Assembly (NCBI RefSeq): GCF_009914755.1
Contig: NC_060934.1
Source of the DNA: the human T2T-CHM13v2.0 reference genome, Homo sapiens
DNA: 64,000 nt
Strand: one strand, 5' to 3'
Below, piece after piece: positions 24,004 through 45,800 of this stretch (positions within the stretch are counted from its first letter, which is position 1; each line of letters opens with the position of its first letter). The position numbers and the translations under genes are program-made. A model generated the notes under the pieces. The model was not told the origin of the DNA, did no database searches, and saw nothing but the letters and a program-made list of their open reading frames with translations.

Positions 24004-25794
24004 GTTTCAAGATTTTTGCTATTTGCCAGGTTTCATACCGGAACAAGTACAGTTGGAGAACAAAAGTTGCAGAGGGCGTGGGGACAGAGCAAAAGAATTA
24101 AAAGTACATTTGAGGCCAGTTCCGGTTTTCGGGGCGCTGCTGGTGGTGGTGGTAGCTCGTGGTTGTCCGTTCAGAAACAACTCTTGTCATAAAACAAAAA
24201 TAACCAGCAGTATTTGTAGATTGCTTGAGCTGATGGCATCTATGTCTTCCTCCTCCTGCTTTCTGTAGCTCAGTTAGCAACCTCATTATGAAACATATTA
24301 CAAGTAGACTGTCAGACCGCACCCTGCCCCAGCGCCCCGTTTTTGGCAAGTTCTGTGTTCTAGGCATATCCACCAATCTATAGTTATACCCCCCTATCTT
24401 TTTAACTTTTTTAGTTTTAGTCTATAGAGTTGAACCTCTTTATACTGAAAAACAACACTTCCTTCCCACTTTTGTTTTGGAAAAACTAAAGTCCGTAGGA
24501 ATTCGGAATTCAAAGGCTTCAGAAATATTAGCTGATTCAGCAGAAAACGGGCTATTCAAAAATACAGACTAGACCTTTACTTGATTAAAAAATTTTTTTT
24601 CTTTTCTCACCTCCTGCAAATCGGAATTCCCACTTGTATGTTGAATGTAGAAATTCACTATCTCTGCGGTTGGCACCTTGTTTCCAGAGGGCGAGTCTCC
24701 AGAACGCATCAGCTGCAGGTAATTGCCAGAGGTTCCAGTGCTGATCTGAGGGCAGCGGTGCAGGCAGAGCCCCAAAGACCAGCAAGGGTGCTGCACTGCC
24801 CGCACCACAGATGGGAGGGGCTGGTTTCCAAGAGCAACACAGATGGTGAAAAGTTTCTGTTGCTTTTCTTCCACGGGGAAATGTCAAATAGTGAAGTTTA
24901 GAATTACACTACATAAATTTGCTAGAATTGGGTAAAAACAAACTGACATTTGAAAATTGAAATTGAAGCTGAAAATGGTTGATTTTGGCTCTTAATTGGC
25001 TTTAAATTTTTTTTCTTTTTTCTTTTGAGACAAGATGAAAAGTTTGATGATGTGGAATGTGGAAATTTTGGGTAAGTATGTTAAGTTTGCATGAGAAAAT
25101 AAGCAGACTGAAGTTCAGAATTTCAAAAATCATATCAGCTATTTGGGAGATCTTAGTGATTTGTGAGGTTAAAACCAGTTACATAAAAGTCATGACAAAT
25201 GTACTTTTAATTGAGAGAATATAAGAATCGCATTTTACATCTACTGTTAAATTAAACGGCTACTTGGTAGTCTTTCAGAGAAGGGAGAGACTTCTGTAGC
25301 CAATTAGTGCGTAAAAGGTAATGATGGGTTACCTAGAAGTAACCAGAACATATATCAACTTCTATGGCTAAATAATGATATTTTCATTGTATGTAAAGCA
25401 GCTGTTTTTTAGGGGAGGGGAAATAGCTTTAGTAGTGACATAAATAATGTAGGGAAGTTTCTAAAGGGATTTCTGAGCAGATGGCTTGTTGCTGAATGGC
25501 CTGCAAGCAAATAATGTAAACAGTTGGAATCAGGAATCTACCTCAGAGGAGGGAAGGTTTTACAAAACGTTGGCTACCGAGTTAGACAGGGGACTATCAA
25601 TACTGTCTGTAACAAATTTAAGAAACTTTGGGGAAATCATGTTCCAGTGGATTACCATCTAAAAATCCAATATAAGAATCTGGATGGAAGAGAGAGCCTG
25701 GCATATACTAACAGAATGATACGTTCCAAAGATTAAATGAGGAACTCTTTGGTAACTAATACAATTTCTCAGGTGTTATAAACTGCCAAATATT

Positions 25795-26088
25795 GGCCAG
25801 ATACGGTGACTCATGCCTGTAATCCCAGCACTTTGGGACGCTGAGGCAGGCAGATCGCTTGAGTCTAGGAGTTCGAGACCAGCCTGGGCAACATAGCAAA
25901 ACCCTGTCTCTACAAAAAATACAAACATGAGCTGGGTGCGGTGGCATGTGCCTGTAGTCCCAGCTACACCAGAGGCTGAGGTGGGAGGATCACTTGAGTT
26001 TTGGAGGCTGGGGCTGCAGTGAGCCATGACTGTATCACTGCACTCCAGCCTGGGCAACAGAGTAAGACCCTGTCTCTAAATAAATAAA
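25795..26088 (+). mobile_element. Alu (AluJ-like)
   Basis: Flanked by tgccaaatatt on both sides. Confidence 0.92.
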
Positions 26089-26160
26089 TGCCAAATATTA
26101 TTTTCTCTCAAGAAAACAGTTAAGTACTATATTATTAGATAATATAAAATTCTTATCACT

Positions 26161-26810
<650 letters not shown>

Positions 26811-27329
26811 ACAAAACCCACAACAACAATAACAAAACCTCTAATGGTAATATTGGGGCATCTTGGTGTTTTAAAAATCTGCCTTTCAAAGGGTTATGTC
26901 TTGAGTCTCTCAGTCCATAAATGGAAGGGGAGGTAGAGGTGAACTGGCCTCATCAATCTCTGCTAGCTTTAAACAGGTGAGATTATTTTTATATTCTTCC
27001 TTATTAACATGAAACTCAATTGAAGTGCTGCTGCTTCTGTTCTCTCCACTGCCAGGAAAGAGATCCTGTTGGAAGGAAGTACTCTTTGCTGTGTCTGCTG
27101 TCACCAGGCCAAGGTGCACATGGATGGAGATAACAGGCCCACCTGTGCCACTGGCTGGCAGGCCCATGCTCACTTTACATGCAGCTGCTGCTTTGGAATA
27201 CGGCGACCGCACTGCCATTATTTAAGTTGATAATTATTCTAAAATTTGTTTTAAAAATCAATAATTGATTTTTTTTCTCATCCACATGGGAATATTTGCC
27301 AGATATTGAAGCTCTTATTATGGCATGCA

Positions 27330-27770
27330 TTGTGCATTAGTTTGGTAGATTTCAGGTCCAGTAAAGACCTCCCGGGTAAAAGTGGCTTAGCCAAGAAGGA
27401 CATCTCAACATATCAATAAGTCTAGAAGCAGACATTTCACCGTCAGTTCTTTCTGCAGCTCCAGGAGGTTAGGGCTGCAGGTTGGCTTCTAGACTGTTGG
27501 TTTCCCCTTTGGTTACAGGGGGCCTCCCACCACTGAATTGTCACATTGGACTGTGGCCAGGGCTGGAGGACTGCTATGATATTTTTCTTCCCTTAGGAAT
27601 GACAGCCTTTCCCTGAAGGCCCTTGGCTAACTTCCCCTTTGGGCAACCTGGTCTGAATCTGTCACTTGGCCACTCTTAGCTGCAAGAGAGGCTGTGAAAG
27701 TGAGGATCTGGAGAGTGGCTGTTGATGGGGACACTGGTAGCCAGGAAGGGGAGGAGGGACAACCCACAGT
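27330..27770 (-). mobile_element. Old MLT1-family LTR fragment
   Basis: Contains ggccactcttagctgcaagagaggctgtgaaagtgag, an MLT1J/K-like motif. Confidence 0.55.
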
Positions 27771-28021
27771 GTCAGATGCACATTACTGTGTGAAAGCAGT
27801 GAACTTCCAAGCAATACCATTGAGTCAACTTCCCTGGTCTTACAGCGGAATTTATGCAGGGTTATAAATTAAGCATGATCTAGATCCAAGAAAACCTTGA
27901 GATCTACATTTTTTTTTTGAAGTTCACACAATACAGTTCTTTGTACATTTAGTATGAAATAAACGTCAAGCAGTTTACAGTGCATTTTATTTGCAGTGTG
28001 CATTCACTGTAGTGGAACTCA

Positions 28022-28924
<903 letters not shown>

Positions 28925-29484
28925 TGAACTGCTTATGAATGTGCAGGAAGCTTTATATCAAAAAATTGGTCCAGGCAAGGGTTTATGTCTGGTAACAATG
29001 ATCCATTTTAAATGGTGGTCTGAAACCACCATTTACTGATAAAATTTTCCATCAGTAATGCAAATTATAATTATTAGGGCACTCAGGACATGGAGATGGT
29101 AGGGATGACAAAGGCATTTCTTTCTATTTTAGTCTATCTTTGACTGGATTCAGGTAAACACAGCATTTTTTTTTTTCTAGAGGTGACAGCATTTGTTTTT
29201 TGTTTGTTTTTTTTTGTATGAGTCTTGGTTGCTCTTAGAAGCAAATGTACTTCTATAGGGATAAGCTTATAGTATACAGAAGTATAATTTGTAGTAAAAT
29301 GATACCATATAGATAAAAGAAAAAAATGATGCATTAATATGTTCAGCTTACTGAAATAGTATCACAACATAAATATGAACTCTGGGCCTGCTGTCTTAAA
29401 ACACTGTCTGGCAAGTTACAGTTTGAAAAATTCTAGTTTAGAATGAGTTCAAAGTAAAGTCAATAAATATTTACTTAGTACCAA

Positions 29485-30022
29485 CTGTTCTGGTTCCTGT
29501 TGCTGTACAGCAGTGATCCCAAAACATGGTGGCTCAAGGCAACCATTTTATTTTGTTCCTAATTTTGAGAGTCAGGAATTTAGGAAAGGCTTGACTGGGC
29601 AGGTCTCTTGCTTGGTGCCTGTCCTGCCATTGAACTCAGCTGTCCACAGGACTAGGGTCATTTGAAGGCTTGAGGGGGCTAAACAACCAAGCTGGGGGGT
29701 ACTCCTGTGGTGGCCTGTTGATGCTGACCGTCCCCTGGAGCCACCCACGTGACCTTTCCAGCATGGCAGCTTCAGAGTGGTTGGACTTCTTACATGGCAG
29801 TAGGGGGTTGGGGGGGTGGGGCACTCCCCAGAGCGAGCATCCTAAGAGAACCAGGTGAATACTGCATGCCCCTTTATATGACATCTCCTCAGAGTCACAC
29901 AGCATCACTTCCGCCCCACTCTGATGGTATGAGCACACTCAGATTCAAAGGCAGGGGCATGGACCTACCACAAAATGGAAGAAATGCCAAATATTTGGGG
30001 ATCATATTTAAAAACTGCCACA
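29485..30022 (-). mobile_element. MLT1-family LTR
   Basis: Contains ggctcaaggcaaccattttatt, gtcaggaatttaggaaaggcttgactgggc and gtcacacagcatcacttccgcc. Confidence 0.75.
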
Positions 30023-30389
30023 CTAACCGAGTCCCAGGCCCTTTGTTAAGTGCAAGGATGTGAAGATGAGTAAGACATTACGTCTTCTACAGGAAACTCA
30101 CATGGGACAGTCACAGGTGAATGAGTCCAGTGCTGTTCAGTAGATATTTACATGGTACACGGAAATAGTATTAGGGAACATGTGAATGTCCCTAACAGAG
30201 CTAAGAAAGGACTTCACAGGAATTTTGAAGAATGATCAGAAGTTTATTTGAGAAGAGGAGCAGAATTCTAGGCACACGAGAAAGCACTGACAAATCACAA
30301 TGGTAGGAAATTGCCTCTGCCTTTGCTGTTAATGCAACAGCAAGAGTTTTCCTTGGACAGAAATATTTTTATTTGTATTCAATCTGTTG

Positions 30390-30905
30390 ATATAATTCAT
30401 ACCTTTAAATAGGTTACATTTGGAGTCTATAGAGCTCAGTATCTATTACAATCTTTTCAACTTGGAGTAACAGGAAGCCTGAAAAGATATTTACCTTGCA
30501 TTACCCGAGACCTGAAGGTGGGCTGGCTTCGAAGTTGGCTAATTCTCTGACTCCACAAGTTATCAAGATGGGTTCTTTCCATCTTTTTCTCTGTCAGCCT
30601 GATAGGTTGGTTTGTTGCCCTCATGATTACAGAGTGGTTACAGACTGAAGCTCACATCTTCACATGCCAATGTTCAGAGGCACAAAGAGGGACATTCTTC
30701 TTCTCGTGCCTCATTTTCAGTGCCAAGAAGGCTTTCCCGGAACTGATTTTCTCTTATTTCTCATGGTTCAGAATTGGGTGACAAGTCACATCACTGAGCC
30801 CTGCCTGACCTGACCACGAGGGGTCACTTGGACAGAATCGGGGTTTTGCTAGTAAGGAAGAAGGGTAGGGTCGCCTTGGGTAGGTCACCAAGGGTGTCTG
30901 CCCCA
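30390..30905 (-). mobile_element. Old MLT1-family LTR fragment
   Basis: Contains ggttcagaattgggtgacaag and cagaatcggggttttgctagtaaggaagaaggg. Confidence 0.55.
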
Positions 30906-31858
30906 AACCCTAGGGACTGTTGCACCACATGACAAGAGGCCCCCATCTCTTTGTGTCTAACTTCTGCTGTCCAAGGTCAGATGCTTTATAGCCTAGTGGT
31001 CATTGAAGCAGGTTCATATGCTCTTCGTGTGTTAATTAACAACAAAACTTAAGTCCTTTCTCCTCCTCTTTTCCCCATAACTTCATGCAGGTGGGATCTG
31101 CTAATAAGATTCTAGTTATTTATTTCACCAGAACAACTTGCTTTGCTTACAGAACAACTTGCTTTGCTTATGAGTACTTTCCCGCTTTAAGAAATCCAGT
31201 TGCCTGCAGGGCCTCTAGACGAGGCCAGGTTAAAGAATGACTCTGTCTAGCAGAACGAGCTGGGTGGTTTGTATGTTTGCTCATGTCCTTGTCTCCCCAC
31301 AAACTCCCTGTGGGGTAATTACATGCAGGAACACCTTACTAAACAGCTAGGAAGCATAAGGACTGCCAGAGATGAAAATTTATTTCTCACCTGTATGTTT
31401 TCCAGAACCTCAGAGGGTTGAGTAAATAACAGCTTCCAAGAACCTACAGAGAACATAGAATTCAGGGGGACCAGGTGGTGTCTCAGTCTGTGGGTATATC
31501 CAGTTCTTTGCAGCTAATGTCCCTAAACAAATCAGTTTCTACAGAACTATGCCCTTTTGAAAGTTCTACAGTTTATTGGTTCTTTATATTTCCTCCAGCA
31601 GTATCCATCTTATTTTCTGTACATGATCTTATTTTTGCATCATTCTCTGTTCTCTGGAAGATATTGGAGGTATGTGGAGCCATTTGTTCGAGCGTCATTT
31701 CTGTTTTGAACATGGTAATTGTCTTTTTTTGGTAGGTGCTCGTTTGGGAAGCTCCTGGCTTACTAAGTCTTCCCTACAAGCTTTTGGTAGAATGTGATTG
31801 CTGGACTTGTTACTACAGGATTTTCTACCAGGGGATTCCCCTATGCTACCCAAGCTGA

Positions 31859-32779
<921 letters not shown>

Positions 32780-33479
32780 TCATTATGTTTTCCACTGTGA
32801 TCCATGTGGTCTCTGGATTCCTATTCAGAAAAAGATGTCTATCTGTATATGTGCTGTGGCATTGTCTCTTAATTTTGTTAACTTCTTGGTCTTGTCCTCC
32901 AATCTGAAAATAAAAGGACAGAAAACTTCACCTGATGTTTTACCTGTCAAAAATCTGAAAGGATTCATTTTCTATTAGGATTCTACTGGAGTTTGGTTGT
33001 CTTGTGGTAATCAAATACCCAAGGTTTCTGCTGGAAGGTAATCTATTGGAATTGTACATCCTGATTTTTTTTTATTAGAGTAAAAATGTAGGTATAACTA
33101 AACCGAGTGAATCCTAACCTATAATTCATAATTGCAGACTGGTGAATATCACCCTTGTTCCTAAATCTCCCAAGTCAGCAATAAAAACTGTACTTAGAAA
33201 AAATGAAGTTTGGAATATATGCTAATGGTAACTATAGGGAATAGTTGCTTTGCTTAAGAATAAGAGTGACCAGAATGAGGATGGAAAGTAGTTTGATCTG
33301 CGTTATATTGTTAATGTATTGGAGGATGGCAAGAGAGGAGACTGGATGAGTGGAGGTGGCATAGAATAATGATCTCAGCTGCCATGGATGACAGCAGGTC
33401 TTTTATGCGCTAGGCTCTGGGCTGGCCCCCTGCTCCCTTTTCTTTTCTTTTTCTTTTTCTTTCTTTTTAAATAATGTAG

Positions 33480-33930
33480 GATGTTTCAGCAACAAATAAC
33501 AGTTAATCCAACTCAAACTGGCTCATGCAGGATGGAAATTGTCATCTTACAAAACAAATTGTCATCTTACAAAAGTAGGGCAGTTTTCCAGGTTGATAGA
33601 TACAGATTTTCAAAAACGTCATCAAGGATTCAGGTTCCTTCTGTTTCTCTGCCCTGTCCCCCTCAGGGGTTTTACCCATGGTGACCTCAAAGTCAAAAGA
33701 TGGTGGCAGGATTTTGGCCTCTTCCCAGCAGTCTCCTGGCAGCTTTCATTGGTAGAATCAGTTTGAATTCTCATCCCTAAACTAATCATGGGCAAGAAGA
33801 ATGGGATGACCACAATGGGCTTAAGTCAGGTTACCCTATGCTTGGAGCTGGGAATTAGTTCATCTTTCTCTGAAGTACCTAACCATGTGGAGGAGGGTGA
33901 ATACCTGAATAAAATTAAGGGTTATAAGAA
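33480..33930 (-). mobile_element. Old MLT1-family LTR fragment
   Basis: Contains ccaactcaaactggct, ctaatcatgggcaagaagaatgggatgacc and cctgaataaaattaagggtt. Confidence 0.5.
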
Positions 33931-33940
33931 ATAAAAAAGG

Positions 33941-39652
<5,712 letters not shown>

Positions 39653-40612
39653 TGAAACCTTGGCTTTCTGCAAAATATGGTTTTTTAGCCACTGTTTTAT
39701 TGTATGGCTTTGATATCCATAGTTAAGTGACTGCTCAGCATGAGACCTTAGACCTAGAGTGAATGGAGCAAACTCTAGATGGCAGTCTCCTGGTGAGGTT
39801 TGCCAGCCTTTGGCGGATCCATACCTGAGGTATCAGATGTTACCTGCATGGTAGGCACTGGGTGGTCACCCCCTAGGGTAGCTGATATGCCTGCCAATGC
39901 ACTTCTCCAAGCTGCTCATTTGTGGATTCAGAAGGCTAGAGAAGAAAAGGTGGTGGGGAAGAGCAGATAGTCAGTCATTCTGTAGAAAGAAGAGAGAACA
40001 TCTTTTTGCATGCTTATTGGCTGGTTGCATTTCTTTTTCTTTTCACATTAGAGGGAATTACCTGATAATTTTTTTATACTGTGATACTGAGGAAATAACT
40101 CTCACAGCCTGCTGGTATGAGTATAAAATGGTATAGCCAATTTGACTCTATCTGTCTTAATCAGTTGGCTTCTGTTGTGTAAAAGGCCACTCCAAAACCT
40201 AGTAGTTTAGAGACAATAAATTCTTATTATTTCCTACACTTTTGGGAGTTGGCTGGGCAGTTCTTCTGGTCTTTGCTAGCGTAACTGAAGCTAGGTCATA
40301 TAGGATGGCTTCATTCACCTGTCTGGGAGCATTGGCAGGCCGGTTGGTTTGGGTGGGTCTCAGCTGGGACACCTTGGCTCTGCTCCATGTGGGTTCTCAC
40401 CATCCAGTAGGCCAGCCCAGGCTTCTGCACACAGAAGCCATTGTCATCTCTCATATTCTGTTTTTTTTGTTTTGTTTTGTTTTGTTTTTTAATGTCTGTG
40501 TTAGAGGGTCTCTTGCAGATGTGACATTGTATATTAGATATATACAAGAATGTTTATTTCAGTGTTTTTGTTTGTTCATTTGTTTTACAATACAAGAAAA
40601 TTGGAAACTATG

Positions 40613-41066
40613 TGATATGGTTTGGCTCTGTGTCCCCATCCAAATGTCATCTCAAATTGTAATCCCCACATGTCGGGAGAGTGGGCTGGTGGGAGGTGAT
40701 TGGATCATGGGGGATTTCCCTCATGGTGTTCTCGTGATAGTGAGCGAGTTCTCAGAGGGTCTGATGGTTTAAAAGTGATGAAAGTGATAAAAGGGTCTGA
40801 TGGTTTAAAAGCTGTTCTTATGACAGTGAGTGAGTTCTCACAGGGTCTGATGGTGTGGCAGTTCCCCTGTCGCTCTCTCTGTCTCTCCTGCTGCCTTGTG
40901 AAGACGTGCTTGCTTCCCCTTTCTGCCATGATTGTAAGTTTCCTGAAGCCTCACAGTCATGCTTCCTGTAAAGCCTATGGAACTGTGAGCCAATTAGACC
41001 TCTTTTCTTCATAAATTACCCAGTCTCAGGTAGTTCTTTATCACAGGGTAAAAATGAACTAAGACA
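40613..41066 (+). mobile_element. MaLR solo LTR (MST family) with a 5-bp TSD
   Basis: tgatatggtttggctctgtgtcccc ... aactaagaca, flanked by CTATG at 40608-40612 and 41067-41071. Confidence 0.92.
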
Positions 41067-42360
41067 CTATGTGATGTACATTAATTGGATAGAGGTAACA
41101 AAAAAATAGTGTGCTATTGAATACTACAAGGCAGTTAAAGAGACTGAAGATTCATGTATATGGTCCCAAAAAGACACATTTTAAACAAAAAAAGCACCAA
41201 TTGCTGAACTGCACACACCTTATACCTCCCAATACACATGGGAAAACTAAATTCCTACAGATACGTGTAAATTATGTCATGCATATGCAAAACAAAATGT
41301 TCAGAAATATACACACCAGATTGATAACAATAGTTACCTTTGTAGAAAGGGTGAGACTAAGTGATGGTTAATAGGAAATTTTGTTTCAATTTTTGGGATA
41401 TCATTTGTATTTTTTATAAAAATGAGTGCATTTATAAATTGTTTATTTCAAAATGAATGACATTTAATTTTAAACTTACAAAAAGGAAGAATTTGGTATG
41501 ATTCTCATGCACTTGGTTCCTTGCCTCTGACTCACTGTGTTTGTGGCATTGGATTTATGCATTGAGACCGTCTCTCCTCTGCTTCTTCCTCACAGTCACA
41601 TGTGCTGCTTAGTTGGAGTGTTTCAAGCCTAGTAAACTAGATCCGAGTAAGGATAAACTTCTGAAATTCACCCTCATAAAAATACAACACTTATCCTAGT
41701 CATTATGGTGCCCAAAGAGCCAACTGGCATAATTCCTGTTTGTGTAGTTTCAAGGTCCTCTCTGCAAATGCCATGCAAAATGTTATGGTATCATTTTTCC
41801 TAAATAATTTCAACATAGTCTAAAGTTAGTTGGTAATTACTCTTGTGAGACATTCAGAATCTAGTGAATTGTAATTTGGAGGCTGACACAAATACAGATT
41901 AAATTTTTGCTATTTCCTGTTCATTCTAGTCAGTATCTTTATCTTTTAAAATTTTGGATGTTTCTGCAATGTAGTATATAAGCTAGTCCACTGTCTGCAG
42001 GGACTGACTGACCACTTAATTGTTATCTCTCTGTCTATACCAATGTTTTGTGGTTCTGTGGGAAAGGAATGATGCCAGACCAAATACCGAAGTTACCTCT
42101 TTGGCATGCCCATATAACTTACAGAAAACAGAGCAAGACATGCTTCTTTTTATTGACCAATGAGAATAGAAACAAACAGAAATAAGGATAACAACTTGTA
42201 AACTACTTATTTAAGAAACCACTGAATATTAGTGATAATTATGTGATATTATTTTCTCTTATTGGTTCTTTATAGTTGTGCCTAATGATATGCTTGAATA
42301 AAATGTTGATTTGTTGTTTTGGAGGGAAAATTTAAAACTACCATGATAAAATAAGTTTTA

Positions 42361-42729
<369 letters not shown>

Positions 42730-42856
42730 TTACGAAAATGTAGTTTTTTCATGAAAGTTTGTCAGCTTGCAGGCTTTAGAATTTTTTTTGCTCTTTTCCT
42801 TGTCTGCTCTGTTTTTCTTTTACCATGTGTAATATATGTATAGTTTTACTTTAGAA

Positions 42857-42858
<2 letters not shown>

Positions 42859-42888
<30 letters not shown>
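42859..42888. repeat. (CA)n microsatellite
   Basis: Perfect CA run of about 15 units. Confidence 0.95.
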
Positions 42889-42891
<3 letters not shown>

Positions 42892-45800
42892 CATTATTAA
42901 TCAAATCCCTAAGGGGGAGGACCACTTTCCCACAAGGATAAAACAGGTGTGCACTGTGCTTTTACACTCGTATCATAATCTTACATTTATTTGGAGGGAC
43001 TACCCATCTCTGAGGAAATGTTTGCCTCTTAGTTTTTTAGTTTGACATCATGGAACCAATGGTAGTAATTGGATATGGGTTTATCTATGAATTTTGAGAT
43101 CACTAAGTCTTGCCATAGGACTACATAAAATGTGGCTGCAGGCACATGAGTGATCTTCATAACGTTTCTTGATTCAGGGACGTGTGTGGCGGGAAGAGTT
43201 CTTATTTAGATTATAATTTTTAGAACATCTTATGTCCTTCATGAGTGTTGGTGTACTAACTGGGTGAAATAATATTGCAACCAATGCAGGTGTAAAATAT
43301 TTTTTGGTTAACATTTAAGCCTTTCATCCTTGTGGCCAATGGAGTACACCAGGTAAAATAACTGGTTATAAGTCAGAGAAACTATTAAAGCATTTCACAA
43401 ATTAATTACAAGATGACTATTACTTATTGGCAGAAGCTGAAAGCAAAGCAACTGGTCTGACAGAAACCATTCTGGACAAGTAAAATCAGGATAGTATAAT
43501 TTGTCAGAATGTTTCCCATATGTCAGTGAAACATTAATATATACATAAAACTTTCCTTATCAACAAATTCATTTATTTTTAAATATTTGGATGTTCTAGT
43601 GAGACTTCTATAAATATTTAGCTTTGGGTTCACCCAATTTTCCTAAAAGTGAATGAGATTATTCCAAAGCCACATTTTAAATCCAAATAAATGAATACAG
43701 TTTAAGGTTTATGTCAACTCTGTCTCTCAAAGTTTCAATTAATAGTGACATGTTAGTTTCTGAGAGAATATTTATTCCAAAAGGGCACAGTTTTTCATTC
43801 AGCAAAGATGATTATCTGCTTGATTTTGGTAGATAACAGGTTTTATACTTAGAAGCCTGTTTTATCCAATAATATGGTGTTAAGAGTATAGACTCATACA
43901 TGTAGGGAATATTGATTCTGCCTTTCTTCTTGGAACTCCTTTCATTATCGTATATACTGTATTATTGACACACTGCTACTTGTGTGTGATGACTTCCAGC
44001 TTCCCTAATTCCCCTCACTTCTATTTACATCCTCCTGGGTTGATTTACATGCAGCCCGGCTGTTAATTAGCTTTGGGGAGTGGGGAAGGAGATTTCTCTA
44101 CATCCCCTTGGTTGCAGCCTCACGAAAAGATGGTCCTCATATCTGGGAAGAGCTTCCTCTTCTGCTTATTACGTCCAGTAAACAGAGCCTGCCCCTTCTG
44201 TGACCAACTGCCAAGTTCACAGCTTCCAGTAAGGAATTGAGCAATTTGCCAAATTAATTTTCTTCCCTTCAAGGTAGCTCTCAGTGGGTAATGCCTGTGT
44301 AGACACACTCTTAACTGGATGGCTTCTTTAAAACATGCTTTCCAAGATGGACAAAGTTGAAGATGAAAAAGGGTCCTCTTTCCTACCCCTTGGGACTGAT
44401 TTTTAAAAATCATGTTCTTGTGGTTACATCATGGAAATGTTTTTTAAGATCTTTGGCTAATTTCGAATTCATCCAAAAGAAGATGTCTTGATTTGTTTAG
44501 CTTTGAGAGTGTTCATCTGGTCACCTGATTGGAACAAGGAAGACCACAGGTTGTGAAAATGGTCTTTCATGGGCATTTCTGGAGGGATTGGTTTTAGCAG
44601 CACCTAAGTGATGTTATCACCCAAGCCCTTTGAGTTTCCTGCCATCTAGAAGGAGTACCCATAGTTGTAGCACAGAGGCATTCCTAGCCAATTCTTTCTC
44701 CCCCCAGCAGAAGCCATGGTGACTTTGTCTAGAAGTAAGTGTGGAGGAGGCGAGATTTTGTGTCTACATGAGCTTCCTGCACAGGTGAACACATCCTCGT
44801 TGTTGGAATCTCTCCATGGCAGATGCAGGAATTTTTACTTAGACTTCCTTCCACACAGCACATCAATAAATATGGAAATGAAGACTTCAAATCTCACTTC
44901 TGATGAAACAATATGCTGTCTAAATTCAGTTAATTGTAAGGTACTTAGTGTTGAAAGACAAAGATATGCTAATCTTATTAAAATATGCCTGGTGAAATTC
45001 AGCTGTAAATTCCATTCAGGGACTCCTGCGTTCTACATTGATCCACGTCACAATGTCTGGAAAGAAAACCACCCACCGTGCAGGATGCAGAGTTAGTAAA
45101 TTAGAAAGGTGAAAAGTTTAATGAAGAGTCTATCTTCTGGAGAAGAAGTACAACAAGGCGGAATGCTTAATATTTTTTTTTGTTTGTTTAGATTAAACCA
45201 ACTGAGAGCTCTTTACATTGTTTACATTTATGTTACTCAGTAAGAAAAGCTTTTAACATTTTCTCTGTTTCATGTGAATTGAAGTTGTTTTTAACTATAT
45301 ACGAGGGAGGGAAAGAGTCTTCACTAAAGATGCAGCTCAAGCCTGTTTAGACAGACTCAACCAATTTTTAATTTTCTAGGGAGTTAAGGAGTGTGGCATT
45401 TTGAATTTGTGGTTAAGGGCCTGACTAGAGATTTTGATACCAAAGGTTTCGATCCTGACATCTTTTGTTCATGTTGCTATGTAACTTTGTGCATTTTTTT
45501 TTCCAGGCAGGGTCTCACTCTTTCACCCAGGCTGGAGTGCAGTGGCATGATCATGGCTCACTGCAGCCTCAAACTCTCAGGCTTTGAGCTTCTGAAGACC
45601 TTTGTTTCTTTATATGTAATCTGGGGTAAACCCATGTTGTATTTTTAAAAGAACATTTATTTTTATTTATTCTTATAGACTAAAATATCTATTCTTTATA
45701 GAATATTTATAAGCATTCATATATAACATTATACAATTTCAATAAATATATATATATTTATTTACACACACACACACCCCCCCCACAATCGTTCATAATC

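Noticed and set aside
23702-24268. Ser/Pro/Leu- and Glu/Arg/Gly-rich ORFs
   Set aside because: Translations of the CT/GA tract.
39768-39790. CTCF-like ctctagatggcagt
   Set aside because: Lacks the 5' CC of the core motif; too weak to call without ChIP data.
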